A DNA stretch of 64,000 bases from NCBI GenBank assembly GCA_963833425.1, contig CAWHXP010000003.1, positions 256,001-320,000 on the forward strand. The letters run 5' to 3'. Positions 23,576 through 35,418 of the stretch are shown piece after piece. This DNA comes from an uncultured Methanosarcinaceae archaeon (GTDB lineage: Archaea; Halobacteriota; Methanosarcinia; Methanosarcinales; Methanosarcinaceae). The notes below the pieces were generated by a model, which was given only the letters and a program-made list of their open reading frames with translations, did no database searches and had not been told where the DNA came from. Each line of letters opens with the position of its first letter. Position 1 is the first letter of the stretch. The position numbers were made by a program, and so were the translations under genes.

Positions 23576-24370
23576 ATGAATTCAGGGAAAAATTCTATTC
23601 AGATGTTCGGGATCCAGACCCCCATTATCAGGAAAGGAGACGATATCGTGCGAATTTTGGAAATTGCGCTTGAAGAGGCATGCGTTGTTCCAGTTGAAGG
23701 GGATATTTTCGTACTGGCTGAATCTGCAGTTGGCACGGCGGAAAAGAGAGTTATTGAGCTCGCAAGCCTTATTCCAGGAGAAAAGGCACAACTACTTGGG
23801 AAAAAATATGGAATAGATCCCAGAGAAATGGAACTCGTGATTAAGGAATGTGATGAAATTTTTGGCGGTGTACCTGGAGCTGTGCTTACAATAACGAAAG
23901 GTGTTCTGGCCCCAAATGCAGGAATTGATGCATCCAATGCCCCTGAAGGTCATGTCGTCTTGCTCCCAGAAGATCCACGAAAAAGTTCGGAATATATTAG
24001 AAAACGGCTTGAACAGCGTTATTCTTGTAGGCTTGGAGTGATTATAGGGGACAGTAGGACTCAACCCCTCAGACTTGGGTGCACAGGAATTGCGCTTGGA
24101 GCCTCAGGATTTTTACCTGTAGAAGATGCACGGGGAACCTATGATATCTATGGGAAACCTCTCATTATTACACATAAAGCAGTCGCAGATAACCTTGTTT
24201 CTGCTGCTGAACTTCTGATGGGCGAGGCTGGAGAAAGGATACCCTGTGTACTTATCAGGGGATCTCAAGTCAACATGATAGACGAATCTCCAGAAATACC
24301 AAAGATTTCAATGGAAGGCTGTATGTACTTTGGCAACTTTATTAAAGGACTGAAAGAAAGCAAGGTTTAA
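23576..24370 (+). CDS. cofE: Coenzyme F420-0:L-glutamate ligase
   Basis: PIIRKGDD, PNAGIDASN, LLPEDP, DSRTQPLRLG, AVADNL..LMGEAGERIP. Confidence 0.92.
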   Translation: MNSGKNSIQMFGIQTPIIRKGDDIVRILEIALEEACVVPVEGDIFVLAESAVGTAEKRVIELASLIPGEKAQLLGKKYGIDPREMELVIKECDEIFGGVPGAVLTITKGVLAPNAGIDASNAPEGHVVLLPEDPRKSSEYIRKRLEQRYSCRLGVIIGDSRTQPLRLGCTGIALGASGFLPVEDARGTYDIYGKPLIITHKAVADNLVSAAELLMGEAGERIPCVLIRGSQVNMIDESPEIPKISMEGCMYFGNFIKGLKESKV

Positions 24371-24758
24371 AAGTCAAAAAATATTTTGGTGTTTAATCTT
24401 CAGAGGTATTCTCAAAAGAAACTTCTGTGATGTCTGCTTCTAATATAATAGTAGCAAAAGAATTTCATAAACGCATATTTCCAATTAAATTTTCGTTTAT
24501 TAAGTCAAAATCTTGATGATGCTTTCTTCAGTTTCCTTAATAATGCGTTTATAACGACCACCACAAAAAAGGATAATAAACTTATTATGTGCTTTAAATG
24601 CTTTTTTACTTATTTTTTCATTTTTTTCAACAAAATATAGAAAAAACTATCGCATTCATAAAACTGTTTTGCCATCATCACATTATTTATTTTCGCTGCC
24701 ATTGCTTCATTTAAACCCTCTTTCCAAATATTCTTTTTTATTGTTAATTTCATTTTTG

Positions 24759-25420
24759 TCATGTTCTTTTTTTGTTTTTATTCTCATTACCTAATTCCAG
24801 TTTATTTTTTAATTCCTGTATGAGTGTCAATCTTTTTTGATTATAAAATAAATAAAAAGCCGTAAAAATGATTAAAATACTAATTGAAAAAATATTAAAG
24901 AACGATTCGAATTTGTTAAATGTATAATATATTCCAAAAAGCATAAAATTAAAAATAGACATAAAAAGAAACAACGTGATTTTTTTTCCCGATTGAAACC
25001 TTGTTCTTCTATCAATATAATAACTTTATTTGCAGAGGTTAAGTTAGTTGTAACCAATGAATGTAGGGTTTCTTCATATTCTTTATTTCCAAAATCATAT
25101 ATTTCCTTAGGCAACATAAAGGGTAAAGAATGAATGGGAAATATTTCATTTATAGTTAAAATAAATGAAATTACCAAAAATAAACCACTAAGAATTATAG
25201 GCAATTTAAGTGAGAAATTTATACTTTGTTGACGGCTAAAAACAAAAATAAGTATCGAAACATAAACACCTGTTAAAATTATCAAAGAATTAAACATTTT
25301 CCATATTTGATCTTTATTATCTCCAAGAGCTTTGATATAGTCATTTTTTAGTTCATTTGAAACGAATAAACTAACTTAATATTTTCATAATAATTTTTGT
25401 CTTCAGCTATATCATCAATA
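24759..25420 (-). pseudogene. Very AT-rich hypothetical membrane protein, fragmented
   Basis: Overlapping hydrophobic ORFs 24872-25297 and 24759-24974 look like one frameshifted gene. No family recognised. Confidence 0.35.
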
Positions 25421-25669
25421 CCTTCAATTTTATCCACAGAGATCTTCTTTCCCGAAGCCTCGATTGTTTTCTGATTAAGCAAAATTTGAAATATTAACAA
25501 TTATCTTATACCCTAATCACTAAAAATAATTATGGGATAGAAGGCCATAATTACTTAGTATAGTTTTCGGATTTATATGGTTATATTGCAAAAACACTAC
25601 AATAACCATATAAAGCATTTGAAGAACTCATAACTGGAAAAACAATAGCAATTAGAGTAGCTAGAACAA

Positions 25670-26068
25670 CTATTTTTGACTAAGGAAAACATTATCAGGA
25701 AACAACTTAACTGCTTTAGCCAATACTTCTTTTTTTGTTTTTCTGACGTTTTGACCTTCTGACACTAGATATAATTCATCAATCTCATATTGTAAGAAGT
25801 GGACTATCTCTTTGGCAGTCAGAAATTTAATCCCATATATTTCTGGCACGTTGTGTTTTAAATGTTCTACTAGTAAGTGAGCTCTTATTTCAGTTTTGGT
25901 TGTCAATATTGACTCTGATTCTGGAATGGGTTCTCTTTGGATAGATTTTGTGACATTATAAATTCTCTCGGCTAGGAGAGAAAGCTGTTCTGGAATTGTT
26001 AATCCACGTTTTTCATTTTTAAAATTTGGATAGTCATCAAATCCAAGTAACGTTTTGACAGTTGCAAA
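25670..26068 (-). pseudogene. 5'-truncated hypothetical protein, possibly from an integrated element
   Basis: The frame is open from ~26068 (FATVKTLLGFDD..TTKTEIRAHLLVEHLK..NVRKTKKEVLAKAVKLFPDNVFLSQK) with no proper start. Confidence 0.4.
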
Positions 26069-26259
26069 TCATTTCAAAATCTTTAACACAAAAAGTAGCA
26101 AGAACATTCTCGACATACATTCTTAAAATAGATTTAACATCTTGATTTTAGTTATATTTCTTTAATTTATTTTTAAATTCATAAGTTTTAATAAATATTT
26201 ACTGTACTTTATGATATTAGTTCAGTTTAAGAATTTATTCATTTGACAGTGTTTGTAAT

Positions 26260-26602
26260 ACATATTCCTACAGAATAACATATGCCAATGTTGATGTAGG
26301 TTCTGTGACTAATTTAACGTATGCAACGGGTTTATTCAATAACCAACCAGTAATTTCACCCCTTGCTATTGCGATAGTTCGCTATGAACAGCCAACCAAG
26401 AAGGAAGAGCACAATGGTGACAGAGATAACTATGGCGGACCTTACTATGGCGGTGCTGTAGTTCCTATGTCTATGTATAGCAGTCCTATGTATGGCAGTG
26501 AACCTTCTACACCAACACTACCATCGAAACCTAATATCTGCAAGAGTAAAGTTTCTTCGCCTAAGTGCCACAAGGACAAATGTGCTATGAATAAACATAA
26601 AC
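26260..26602 (+). pseudogene. C-terminal fragment of a DUF11-like surface protein
   Basis: YRITYANVDVGSVTNLTYATG resembles the Ig-like motif YTVTQADIDAGSVTNTATATG, followed by a Y/G/P-rich then K/H-rich tail. No N-terminus; cut at 26603 by a MITE. Confidence 0.6.
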
Positions 26603-26752
26603 GGTTCCGTTGCAAAAAATCTGGCTTCCTTGCAAAATCAGAAAAAACCTTCACAATTCGGAAAATTAAACATTTTCATTCGAACGAAAATTACACATAA
26701 AGATGAAAATTTTAGTGTCAAATTGCAGAAATATTATTTTTGCAACGGAACC
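26603..26752. mobile_element. 150-bp MITE with IS6-type ends
   Basis: Perfect 16-bp TIRs GGTTCCGTTGCAAAAA (26603) and TTTTTGCAACGGAACC (ends 26752), identical to the IS6 end at 15067. No transposase. Confidence 0.9.
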
Positions 26753-26788
26753 CTTTTTTCTTTATCACAAAAAACATGGTTTATTGTT

Positions 26789-27005
26789 AGTTCCGTTGCA
26801 AAAAATTCAAAAAAATATGTAAATTTATAAGTAATGAATAAAAATCAAAATATCCAAGGAAAATTGATCAATATTATGAACTTGTTTCAAATAGTTGATT
26901 TATATTTGACTTCACCTAGGACAGAGTAATTTAAATTTTTGATTTTTTAACCATATTCATAGATTAATTTTTTTAAAGTTTTACTTGCAGAGCAAAAGCC
27001 TATAT
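26789..27005 (-). mobile_element. Partial IS6 copy (transposase 3' end)
   Basis: AGTTCCGTTGCAAAAA followed by ~200 bp that align by eye with 15067-15300. Confidence 0.8.
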
Positions 27006-27414
27006 GGAATTGTCTATTAAATTAATCATTTCAGTAAATTTGGAATTGAAATTATCTCAATCAATTTTTTTACTTTAAAGGTTTTACATTGATTTTAATA
27101 AAAAGTATGTATATTCTGAGTGATAAGGTCAAAATTGTTTATAATTTAAGCTGAAAATTGTGAAAACACACCGATTTTATCACAAAAACTGTGCATAAGT
27201 TAAAACAAGAAAAAAGAAACTTTGTCAGCATAACCATTGACTCTTTCTTCGATTATATTTTACAGAATTTTTGGTGCGCTGTTAAATCAAGTACATAATA
27301 ATCTCTTTTAATTTTCCCAATATGGAAGATATATTCTTTTTCAGTTTCGCTCAATGATTCAAGGACACTACTCAATTATTTAATTTTATTTAGAATTTTT
27401 TTAAACTTTTTGAT

Positions 27415-27712
27415 CCCCCACGATATTTTAAAGTCATCGTCTTTCCTTGCTTTTTCTTTATGCGATGAGTCAAGTTCGATGTCTTTTTTCAGATTGAGGA
27501 TTAATAGATTCTTGTGTTGATAAGAGAATTAATTCATGCACGATCATACCAAGCATCTGATTTTTGTGGGTCAATTTCAATTGCTTTGTCAGATGCTTCT
27601 AGCGCTTCATAGTACTGTTCTGAGCTCGCGAAGTCGGCTGCTTTATAGAGCCAAACATCTTCATTTTCCGGGTTAATTTTAACTGATTTTTCACAGCCTT
27701 TTATTGCCCAAT
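27415..27712 (-). pseudogene. TPR-repeat protein C-terminal relic
   Basis: CEKSVKINPENEDVWLYKA..EALEASDKAIEIDPQKSDAWYDRA*..LKKDIELDSSHKEKARKDDDFK. Confidence 0.8.
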
Positions 27713-27999
27713 ATGATTATTTGATCAAGAGTTTGATTACTTTCTAGCATTCATATCTATTTATCTACTGATTATGCAATTAATGACAATTTTTAACAAC
27801 CACAGTTAATACGATTTCAAGTTCTCAGCTAGAAATTTCCAGGCTTGCAAAGCGGTATGATCTCTACTAAGTCTCCATTCAGGGAAAAACATTCAAAAAT
27901 ATCTACTTCTAGCATAAACTAAAAAAAGCAAGGGATATAGAACTCTCCTGAAAAATGTATTTCAAAGCATGATAATCACGCTTCACAGTCTGGTGTGAC

Positions 28000-29661
28000 T
28001 CAGTCCACTATCCCTCCTGTATTTGCGGAATGGACAGAACGCTGGTATTTGGCAAGGTAACCTGTAACTTCCTTTTTTGGTGGCACAAGGACAGCTTTCC
28101 GATTCCTAAGCTCTTCTTTGGAAACCTTTAAGTTCAGGGTCCGTTCAGGAATGTTGATCTCTATCAGATCTCCATTTTTTACTAGGGCAATTGGTCCTTC
28201 TTCGCTAGCTTCCGGGGAAACATGTCCGATACACGGACCACGGGTACCCCCTGAGAAGCGTCCATCAGTTATAAGCGCCACAGACTCCAGCAGGGCCATA
28301 CCTCCAATTGCAGATGTGGCTGCAAGCATTTCCCGCATTCCAGGACCACCTTTCGGGCCTTCGTAACGGATGACTAAAACGTCTCCGGGCTTCACGTCGC
28401 CTGCGAGGATACTTCTCATAGCTTCTTCCTCACAGTCATAAACTCTGGCAGGTCCTGTGTGAACATGCATTTTTGGGTCAACCGCTGCCTGCTTAACAAC
28501 CGAGCCATCAGGGGCAAGATTGCCTTTTAGGATTGCAATTCCTCCATGAGGATGAATCGGTTTATCTAGCGTTTTAATTATCTCTTTATTAAGCATAGGG
28601 TTAACAATCATGAGTTCATTAAGATTTCCCCCTATGCTTTTGCCATTGACCGTAAGCTGGTCTATATGAAGTTTAGAGAAAATTCTCTGCATAACTGCTT
28701 GAACCCCGCCTGCTCTATCAAAGTGCAACATGAAATTAGGGCCCCCAGGACGAAGTGATATCAGATTGGGGATTGTTTGACTCAGTTCGTCAAACGTCTC
28801 TAAAGGTAACTTTAGCCCAAATTCATGGGCAATGGCAGGCAGGTGCAGAGTAGTATTCGTACTCCCTCCGATTGCCATATCTACCATTATGGCATTTTCG
28901 AAGGATTTAAAATTAACAATTTTTCTGGGAGTCAGATTCTCTCGAACCATTTCCACAATACGTTCCCCAGATTCCTTTGCAATTCTTGTCTTTTTTGCGT
29001 CTACTGCATGAGCAGTTGCACAGCCTGAAAGGCTCATACCGAGAGCTTCAGTCATGCAAGCCATGGTATTAGCGGTAAACATACCTGCACAGGATCCCGC
29101 CCCTGTGCAGGAAAGGTTTTCGAGCCACATAAGTTCTGTATCGGATAGTTTGCCAATTCTATTAGCTCCAACTCCTTCGAATACTGAGATCAGATCCGTG
29201 TATTTGTCATCTACATAACCAGGGAGCATCGGTCCTCCGGTTACAACAATTGAAGGGATATCAAGTCTCCCAGCTGCCATAAGGTGCCCTGGCACAATCT
29301 TATCGCAGGTAGGAATAAGCACCATACCGTCAAATTGATGGGCTTTTACCATCAGTTCGATTGTATATTCAATAACTTCTCTGCTAGGGAGGGAATATTT
29401 CATACCCTCGTGTCCCATCGCTATTCCGTCACAAATACCTATGGTATGAAATTCAAAAGGAACTCCTCCAGAGTTCCTGATCCCAGCTTTCACAGCCTCA
29501 GCAAGTCTATTTAGGTGAATGTGGCCAGGGACGATCTCATTCCATGAATTGACAACTGCGATGAACGGCTTCTTCATCTCGGCATCTGTGACACCAGTAG
29601 CTTTCAGAAGTGAGCGGTTGGGAGCGCGCTCCGCCCCCTCTTTGATGATGGAGCTTTTCAT
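28000..29661 (-). CDS. ilvD: Dihydroxy-acid dehydratase
   Basis: [46 protein letters not shown]. Confidence 0.97.
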   Translation of the reverse strand: MKSSIIKEGAERAPNRSLLKATGVTDAEMKKPFIAVVNSWNEIVPGHIHLNRLAEAVKAGIRNSGGVPFEFHTIGICDGIAMGHEGMKYSLPSREVIEYTIELMVKAHQFDGMVLIPTCDKIVPGHLMAAGRLDIPSIVVTGGPMLPGYVDDKYTDLISVFEGVGANRIGKLSDTELMWLENLSCTGAGSCAGMFTANTMACMTEALGMSLSGCATAHAVDAKKTRIAKESGERIVEMVRENLTPRKIVNFKSFENAIMVDMAIGGSTNTTLHLPAIAHEFGLKLPLETFDELSQTIPNLISLRPGGPNFMLHFDRAGGVQAVMQRIFSKLHIDQLTVNGKSIGGNLNELMIVNPMLNKEIIKTLDKPIHPHGGIAILKGNLAPDGSVVKQAAVDPKMHVHTGPARVYDCEEEAMRSILAGDVKPGDVLVIRYEGPKGGPGMREMLAATSAIGGMALLESVALITDGRFSGGTRGPCIGHVSPEASEEGPIALVKNGDLIEINIPERTLNLKVSKEELRNRKAVLVPPKKEVTGYLAKYQRSVHSANTGGIVD

Positions 29662-29934
29662 TGTAAATCTCCTTTAGAACTTTATAGTTAGAATTTTGAG
29701 TTATAATTGTAGTATAGATGTGAGAAGACTTCATAGTATAAACAGGTTGGGGAGAACAGCCCATGAAGATTGTAGGAAAATGTACTAAAACATTCTATCG
29801 AAGTCTTAAAATTGGACAAAGAATCCTTGATAAACATGGAATCTGTTCCATTTTGATTCTTTATTCGGCTTTGAAAAAAAAATAAAGAAATTGCATCTAA
29901 ATTTATTGAACTAGCTTATTATTTAGAAAAATGA

Positions 29935-30560
29935 GCCAGATTATTATATTATGAAGCTTATATCCAAAGTGAGACTTGCCTCCTTCTTTGTCAATGTTCC
30001 ATCTCTGCTTCTTCTTGTTTTGCCTCATCTCTCTGCTTTTGCATGTCCTGGATCTGAATGAATAAAAGTAGAATCCTGAATAATTCCCTGCTTTATCTGT
30101 AAACCCAGAGCATCAAGTTGGCTTTGCAACTTTCCTCATATTTTCTTTGAAATTCTCGATAATTCTCTCCCTAAATAGACATACAGTAGTACTGTCAGGT
30201 ATGTATTCAGGAAAACCAAGGAATTTTCTAAAAGAAATTCGATCTATACACTGTTTCTCAAGTTCAAAATCAGAGAGCACATGCCATTGTTGTAAAACGA
30301 GCATTTTGAACATCACAATGATATCAGTTTCAGGTCTCCCTACTGAAAAGGATTTGTTAATATACATAGACTCAAGAATAATACGAAACGTTTTCCAATC
30401 AATTAAGGAATAAATTTCAGCAAGCTTATCTCCAACAGATTCAAGAAGTTTATACTCTTCTTTAAGAGTAAAATCAGTAAGAGTTTTCATGAATATACAT
30501 AAATATTTACAAATTTAAAGTCAACCATGCTCATGAGCATGGAGTTTATCGAAATTCTCT
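29935..30560 (-). mobile_element. IS5-family element relic (5' half, one TIR)
   Basis: MKTLTDF..MFKMLVLQQWHVLSD..DRISFRKFLGF..PDSTT; after a frameshift, GIIQDSTFIHSDPGH. End GGAGTTTATCGAAATTCTCT at 30541-30560. Confidence 0.88.
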
Positions 30561-30674
30561 TCAATTAATCCTCTCGAGCAAAGCTAGAAGGACAGCATAC
30601 TACAGAGCTGAAACTCTGCTAATAAAATTATGTGAACCAAGGAATTATATACTTAAAAATAAAAGAGAAGGAAA

Positions 30675-31151
30675 ATGACCTATTATATAGTAGATTCAGC
30701 AGTCTTTATAATGAGGAACTCTAATTTAGACAGTTCAATGATGATTACCGTCCCTTCTGTTGTGAATGAGTTAAAAAGCACGGACTCAATACTTTTTTTT
30801 TATATTGCAAAAGAAGGGGGCTTACGTGTTGAATGGCCAGAACCTGAGATGGTAAAAGAGATTAAGATAAAGGCTGAGCATACCAGAGATTCAGATGAAC
30901 TCTCAAAAACAGATCTGGAAATCCTTGCAAAAGCTCTTGAATATAGAGACAGAGGAGTACTGCTAACAGATGATTATGCAATCCAGAACGTTGCTTTGCA
31001 GCTTGGGATTCAGGTTAAACCCGTTGCCCAGAAAAAAATTAAAGACATTATTATTTGGCAAAAGAAGTGTACTGGCTGCAAAAAAACTTTTGATCAGGGG
31101 GATGTCTGTACTATTTGCGGTTCTTCTCTAAAAAAAAAAGGAAACGGATAA
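30675..31151 (+). CDS. nob1: Nob1-like PIN-domain endoribonuclease with Zn ribbon
   Basis: IVDSAVFI, LSKTDLEIL, TDDYAIQN, CTGC..CTICGS. Confidence 0.9.
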   Translation: MTYYIVDSAVFIMRNSNLDSSMMITVPSVVNELKSTDSILFFYIAKEGGLRVEWPEPEMVKEIKIKAEHTRDSDELSKTDLEILAKALEYRDRGVLLTDDYAIQNVALQLGIQVKPVAQKKIKDIIIWQKKCTGCKKTFDQGDVCTICGSSLKKKGNG

Positions 31152-31353
31152 TAAGAAAAAAAAGTGAATTTTAAGCTTGAAGAAAAAGATATAAAGCTTA
31201 ATGATATCATACTGTCTTAATTGAGAGAATGTATACTTGAACCTAATTTTTTGAGCAGTATTCCAAGTAAGAATTGTGCGTAGAATTATCTGCATAACTG
31301 CAAAATTGGGTTGGAAATACAGCCAGATAGAAATTTAAGGTGGTAATGGAGGC

Positions 31354-31968
31354 ATGAAAAATATAGAGGATTTAATTCAGAAAGCTTTGGAATTGCAGAG
31401 CAATGGTCTTGTAACTGGCCAGATTGCCGATGAACTCAACGTTTCTAGAGAAACCGTTACCTGGCTTTTAACCCGTTCAAAAAAAGAGGCATCTGCTCCA
31501 GCTCCGAAAGATATTTCTGTAAACTGGAGCAGTATTGGGAAAAGTGCTGCAAGGCTCCACTACATCTCGCTCGCACTCTGCGATATGGTACTTGAGACCC
31601 TGGGAAAAACAAGCACTAAAGTGGATGCGGTCGTTGGTGTCGCTGCCAGTGGCATCCCTCTAGCAAGTATGATAGCAAATGAACTGGGAGCCGACTTAGT
31701 AATCTACCATTCACGCAAAGGACAAGACATCGTACAGCCAGGCCATAAAGGGACTATAAGTCGAAACTTCGGTACTGTTGAAGGTAAAAGCTGTGTGATC
31801 GTGGACGATGTTATCACCACAGGTTCAACTACCATGGAAGTAATTGAGCAGCTGAGAGAAATGGATGCAAAACCAAGAGTTGTAGTGGTTCTGGTTGATA
31901 AGAAAGGTGCAGATACAATCGCTAATGTTCCGATTCAATCTCTTGTAAGAATTGTGCGTTTAGACTGA
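31354..31968 (+). CDS. PyrE-like phosphoribosyltransferase-domain protein with N-terminal HTH (GfcR-type regulator)
   Basis: [42 protein letters not shown]. Confidence 0.88.
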   Translation: MKNIEDLIQKALELQSNGLVTGQIADELNVSRETVTWLLTRSKKEASAPAPKDISVNWSSIGKSAARLHYISLALCDMVLETLGKTSTKVDAVVGVAASGIPLASMIANELGADLVIYHSRKGQDIVQPGHKGTISRNFGTVEGKSCVIVDDVITTGSTTMEVIEQLREMDAKPRVVVVLVDKKGADTIANVPIQSLVRIVRLD

Positions 31969-32957
31969 AAGAACAAATTAAATACAAAAAATAAAAATGA
32001 ATTACATATACTGAAAGCCTTTCTAAGAAAAAGCAGTTCGAAATAAAAGCCAATTTTTAGTGATATGAAAATAATTCAGATGAGAGAATAAACATACATA
32101 AATAACCTTTCAAAATTGCCGAGTTTAACTTCGTGCGAGAGATAAAACATGATGACAAAAATAAAATAAGTTCATAATGTAACAATTGTAAAAAATACAT
32201 GCGCCACATAATAAACTTTTTAATTGCGTGTTTATTTTTTTTGTAGAATAACAGATCTCCAAAAATAATTACATGAAAAATTACGCATCTCAAGACTCAA
32301 TTTTTATAAAACATAAGAAGATTTGATTTTGAATTTGCGATCCACTTTCAGCAGACTTACAAATACTACCATATATTTTCTCAATATGATAGTACTTGAA
32401 AATTAACCTAACTTTCAATGAGTAATATAGAGCAAATAGGCAAGAGATTATGCATCAATGTGTATCTCAAGAATGGGGCATATTTCTATATTTATCTAAC
32501 CGTTGGTTAAGTATCAAATTAGTTCTGTTTTCATTAGTTGATAGTACTCTATCGATTATATCTAAATATATTTGCCATGATGACTATGTTTACAAGTAGA
32601 CTTGAGGTTTGATTAGAGATATATAAGTCAACTTACTCAGTATACATAAATATTTATTAAAATCACAAAGAGTTAATAAGTCAAGTCTTTTTGGCCAATG
32701 CATTAAAGAATCTGAACTATCAAACCGCATAGTAACACAGTGACTTTTTAATATATTCTAAGATCTCCAAAAGGTACCATTAATTTCACTGATAAATGGC
32801 TACAATCAATCAAAAATTTAGAAAATATTAAGAAGCACCAAATTCTTTGAGAAATTAATGTCATTAAACTGTTAATTGCCGAAATATAGAATTAAATAAC
32901 ATGTATATTGCACTTAATTTTAGAGTTCAAGAGCTTAAGTCCTATAGTTACACAAAA

Positions 32958-33535
32958 ATGAAACCGATATATTTTTTAAAAGAGTCTACGTATTTGGAAA
33001 ATACAAGACCCTTGTTGAAAAAGCTTCAAAAAATAGGCTTAAAGCTTATTTTATAGATGCAAAGAACATTCCGATTGAACACCGTACTGTTCTGAAGTGC
33101 GCTTACGTCTGTAAAGATTATGAAACAAAATCAAGCTGCCCACCTTATGTTATGTCAACCGATGAGTTCAAGAAGGTTATGTGGAAAACAACAGTGCACT
33201 TTTCATTGTAGACGAACACGATACCGCAGAAATTTCCGATATTTATGAAACCTAGTCAGGTCTTAGGAAGGACTCTTCAATAAATGTCCGAGCTTAAGCA
33301 GGAGTCTTTCAGGGAAGGCTTCACTTTCGCACATCTTTTGAGAGCTGGTCACTGTAACGAATGTGAGGTAGGTAACCTTGAAAAGTGTGTAAAGCCAGAA
33401 ATGAGACGTTTCACACTTGGAGCTGTGGGAATAAATCTTCTGAAGATAATGGAAGGTTTTGGACTCGCACCTGAGTTATGTAAGCCTGTAAAAACTGAGT
33501 CTATATTAATTTTCTTATTGAGTAAATTTATGTGA
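32958..33535 (+). pseudogene. DUF2284 Cys-rich metal-binding protein, disrupted
   Basis: IPIEHRTVLKCAYVCKDY..SCPPYVMSTDEFKK, then AGHCNECE..CVKPEMRRF..AVGINL. Frameshifts and an internal TAG. Confidence 0.75.
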
Positions 33536-33991
33536 AAATCGAGAGAACTTAAATAGAAAGTTCACTACCTAATAGATAATTATCTCTCTATTTCTGCCTG
33601 CCTCTTAATCATCTGGATCCATTGTAGCCCCAATGCAGGATAAGCAAGCTACTAATTTCGGTTTTCATGGAGTTTATCGAAATTAAGCAAAAGTGCGAGC
33701 AATGTGCAAGCCTTAAATAAATTAACTTGCAATTAATGCACCCTGAATTCCGCAGGTAAATGCAAATGTAAAATTTGTTTGTCTATTCCATTATTATTCA
33801 TTAAAAGTTGAATTAATTCATAAGCTCTGCAATACTGAGAAAAGAAATTGAATTATTATGTACTTCTGCGGAAAATGGGATCATCAAATAAGTATAATTT
33901 TTCAAAACTCAGGGTTATAATGTCATAATTATTTTTACAGTATATTAAAGATAGCTGAGAGAGAACGAGAAATGAAGCTGAATCAATTAAA

Positions 33992-34081
33992 TAGAATTTC
34001 TATAAATCCCCCACATTTCAATAAATTGCTTTCATAAACTTATTAACAAACACCAAAAATTGGTGTTTATCTAACTCTTCT
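33992..34081. mobile_element. Degenerate ~90-bp MITE copy
   Basis: AGAATTTCTATAAATCC...GGTGTTTATCTAACTCTT; family-sized spacing, but the interior is divergent. Confidence 0.45.
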
Positions 34082-34241
34082 CAAATTTAGTTTTATTTTC
34101 TTCCAGATATATTCAAATAGCTTATAAGAATATTGAAATTATCAAATATACTCTTACAAAATAACAAGCAATTCCATATATGATATTAACTCTTGAATAT
34201 ATATCTAGAAAAAGACATAGAAAACTGGAGGTTTTTTCAAA

Positions 34242-34949
34242 TTGAATTCTGAAAAGCTAAAAATAGCTGTCCTTGGAGGAACCGGGAATATAGGGGAAGG
34301 AATGGTGCTCAGACTAGCCCTCCAAAACCTAATGACTGAAGGCGTAAAGAATGAAGTCATTGTTGGGTCCAGGTCCAGAGAAACTGCAATTGAAGCCGCA
34401 AAAAAAGCCTTATCAGAACTTGAAAATTGTGGATTTGATACATCCAGAATAACTATCACAGGGAGTACAAACCTGGAAGCTGCACAAGCAGCTGAAATAA
34501 TAGTTCTTACAATCAATTTTGATTATGTTTTGCCCCTGCTGGATGAAATCAGGAGTGCTCTTGAAGGCAAAATTGTTATCACTCCTGTGGTCCCAATGGT
34601 AAAAGAAGGAAATCTTTTTTTGTATAAACCCCCTTATGAGGGTTCTGCAGCTCTTGCAATCCAGAAAAGAGTTCCTGACTCCACAAAGGTTGTTGCAGCC
34701 TTCCATAATGTTTCTTCAGCGAAATTGAAAGACATTGTCAAATGTAAATCCGTATACGACGCACCGGTATGCAGTGATGATGCTGAAGCGAAAAAACTGG
34801 TCATGGAGCTCACACGGCATATGGGCTGTCTCAAACCACTTGATGGAGGTCCCCTTAAACTTGCAAGCACAATGGAGTCGCTGACACCCTTGCTAATCAA
34901 TATCTCAAAACTTAATGGACTTAAAAATCTCGGGATTAATATTTCTTGA
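34242..34949 (+). CDS. npdG: F420-dependent NADP oxidoreductase (Fno/NpdG)
   Basis: GGTGNIGEG, IVGSRS, GSAA, VAAFHNVS, LDGGPL, ESLTPLLINI; TTG start. Confidence 0.93.
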   Translation: MNSEKLKIAVLGGTGNIGEGMVLRLALQNLMTEGVKNEVIVGSRSRETAIEAAKKALSELENCGFDTSRITITGSTNLEAAQAAEIIVLTINFDYVLPLLDEIRSALEGKIVITPVVPMVKEGNLFLYKPPYEGSAALAIQKRVPDSTKVVAAFHNVSSAKLKDIVKCKSVYDAPVCSDDAEAKKLVMELTRHMGCLKPLDGGPLKLASTMESLTPLLINISKLNGLKNLGINIS

Positions 34950-35418
34950 TTTTAGCGAAAAACATGACAATATGGGAAAAGCAACAGCAAAAAGGGAGAT
35001 GTGGAAATAAAGAATAGATGCTAAATCAGAGGTATATGGAATTTTTTTAAATTAACTTATTTGAGTTTTCGATGGCAATTCACGCATTAGTTTTTCGACA
35101 GTTTTGAAAACAAAAATTTGGGCAAATCTGTTAAATAACGATCAGAGATTTTATGCCAAAAAAGGACACTATGAGTACACTTTAATTTATTTAAATAATT
35201 TATTGGAGGAACTCCATATTTGTTCTAGGTGTAATAATTCGCTATTGAACCAGATAGGATTTCAATAGAATAATTATATTAGGAATTCATATGATATCGC
35301 TATTGCTATTGGTACTGTTATTATTATTGAGCGCAAACAAATTAAAAAATGTTAAGAGCTTCATTTCGCATTAAAGTTTTCAGAGGTTCATTCAAAGATT
35401 CTGAGAAAGATAGCTTTT

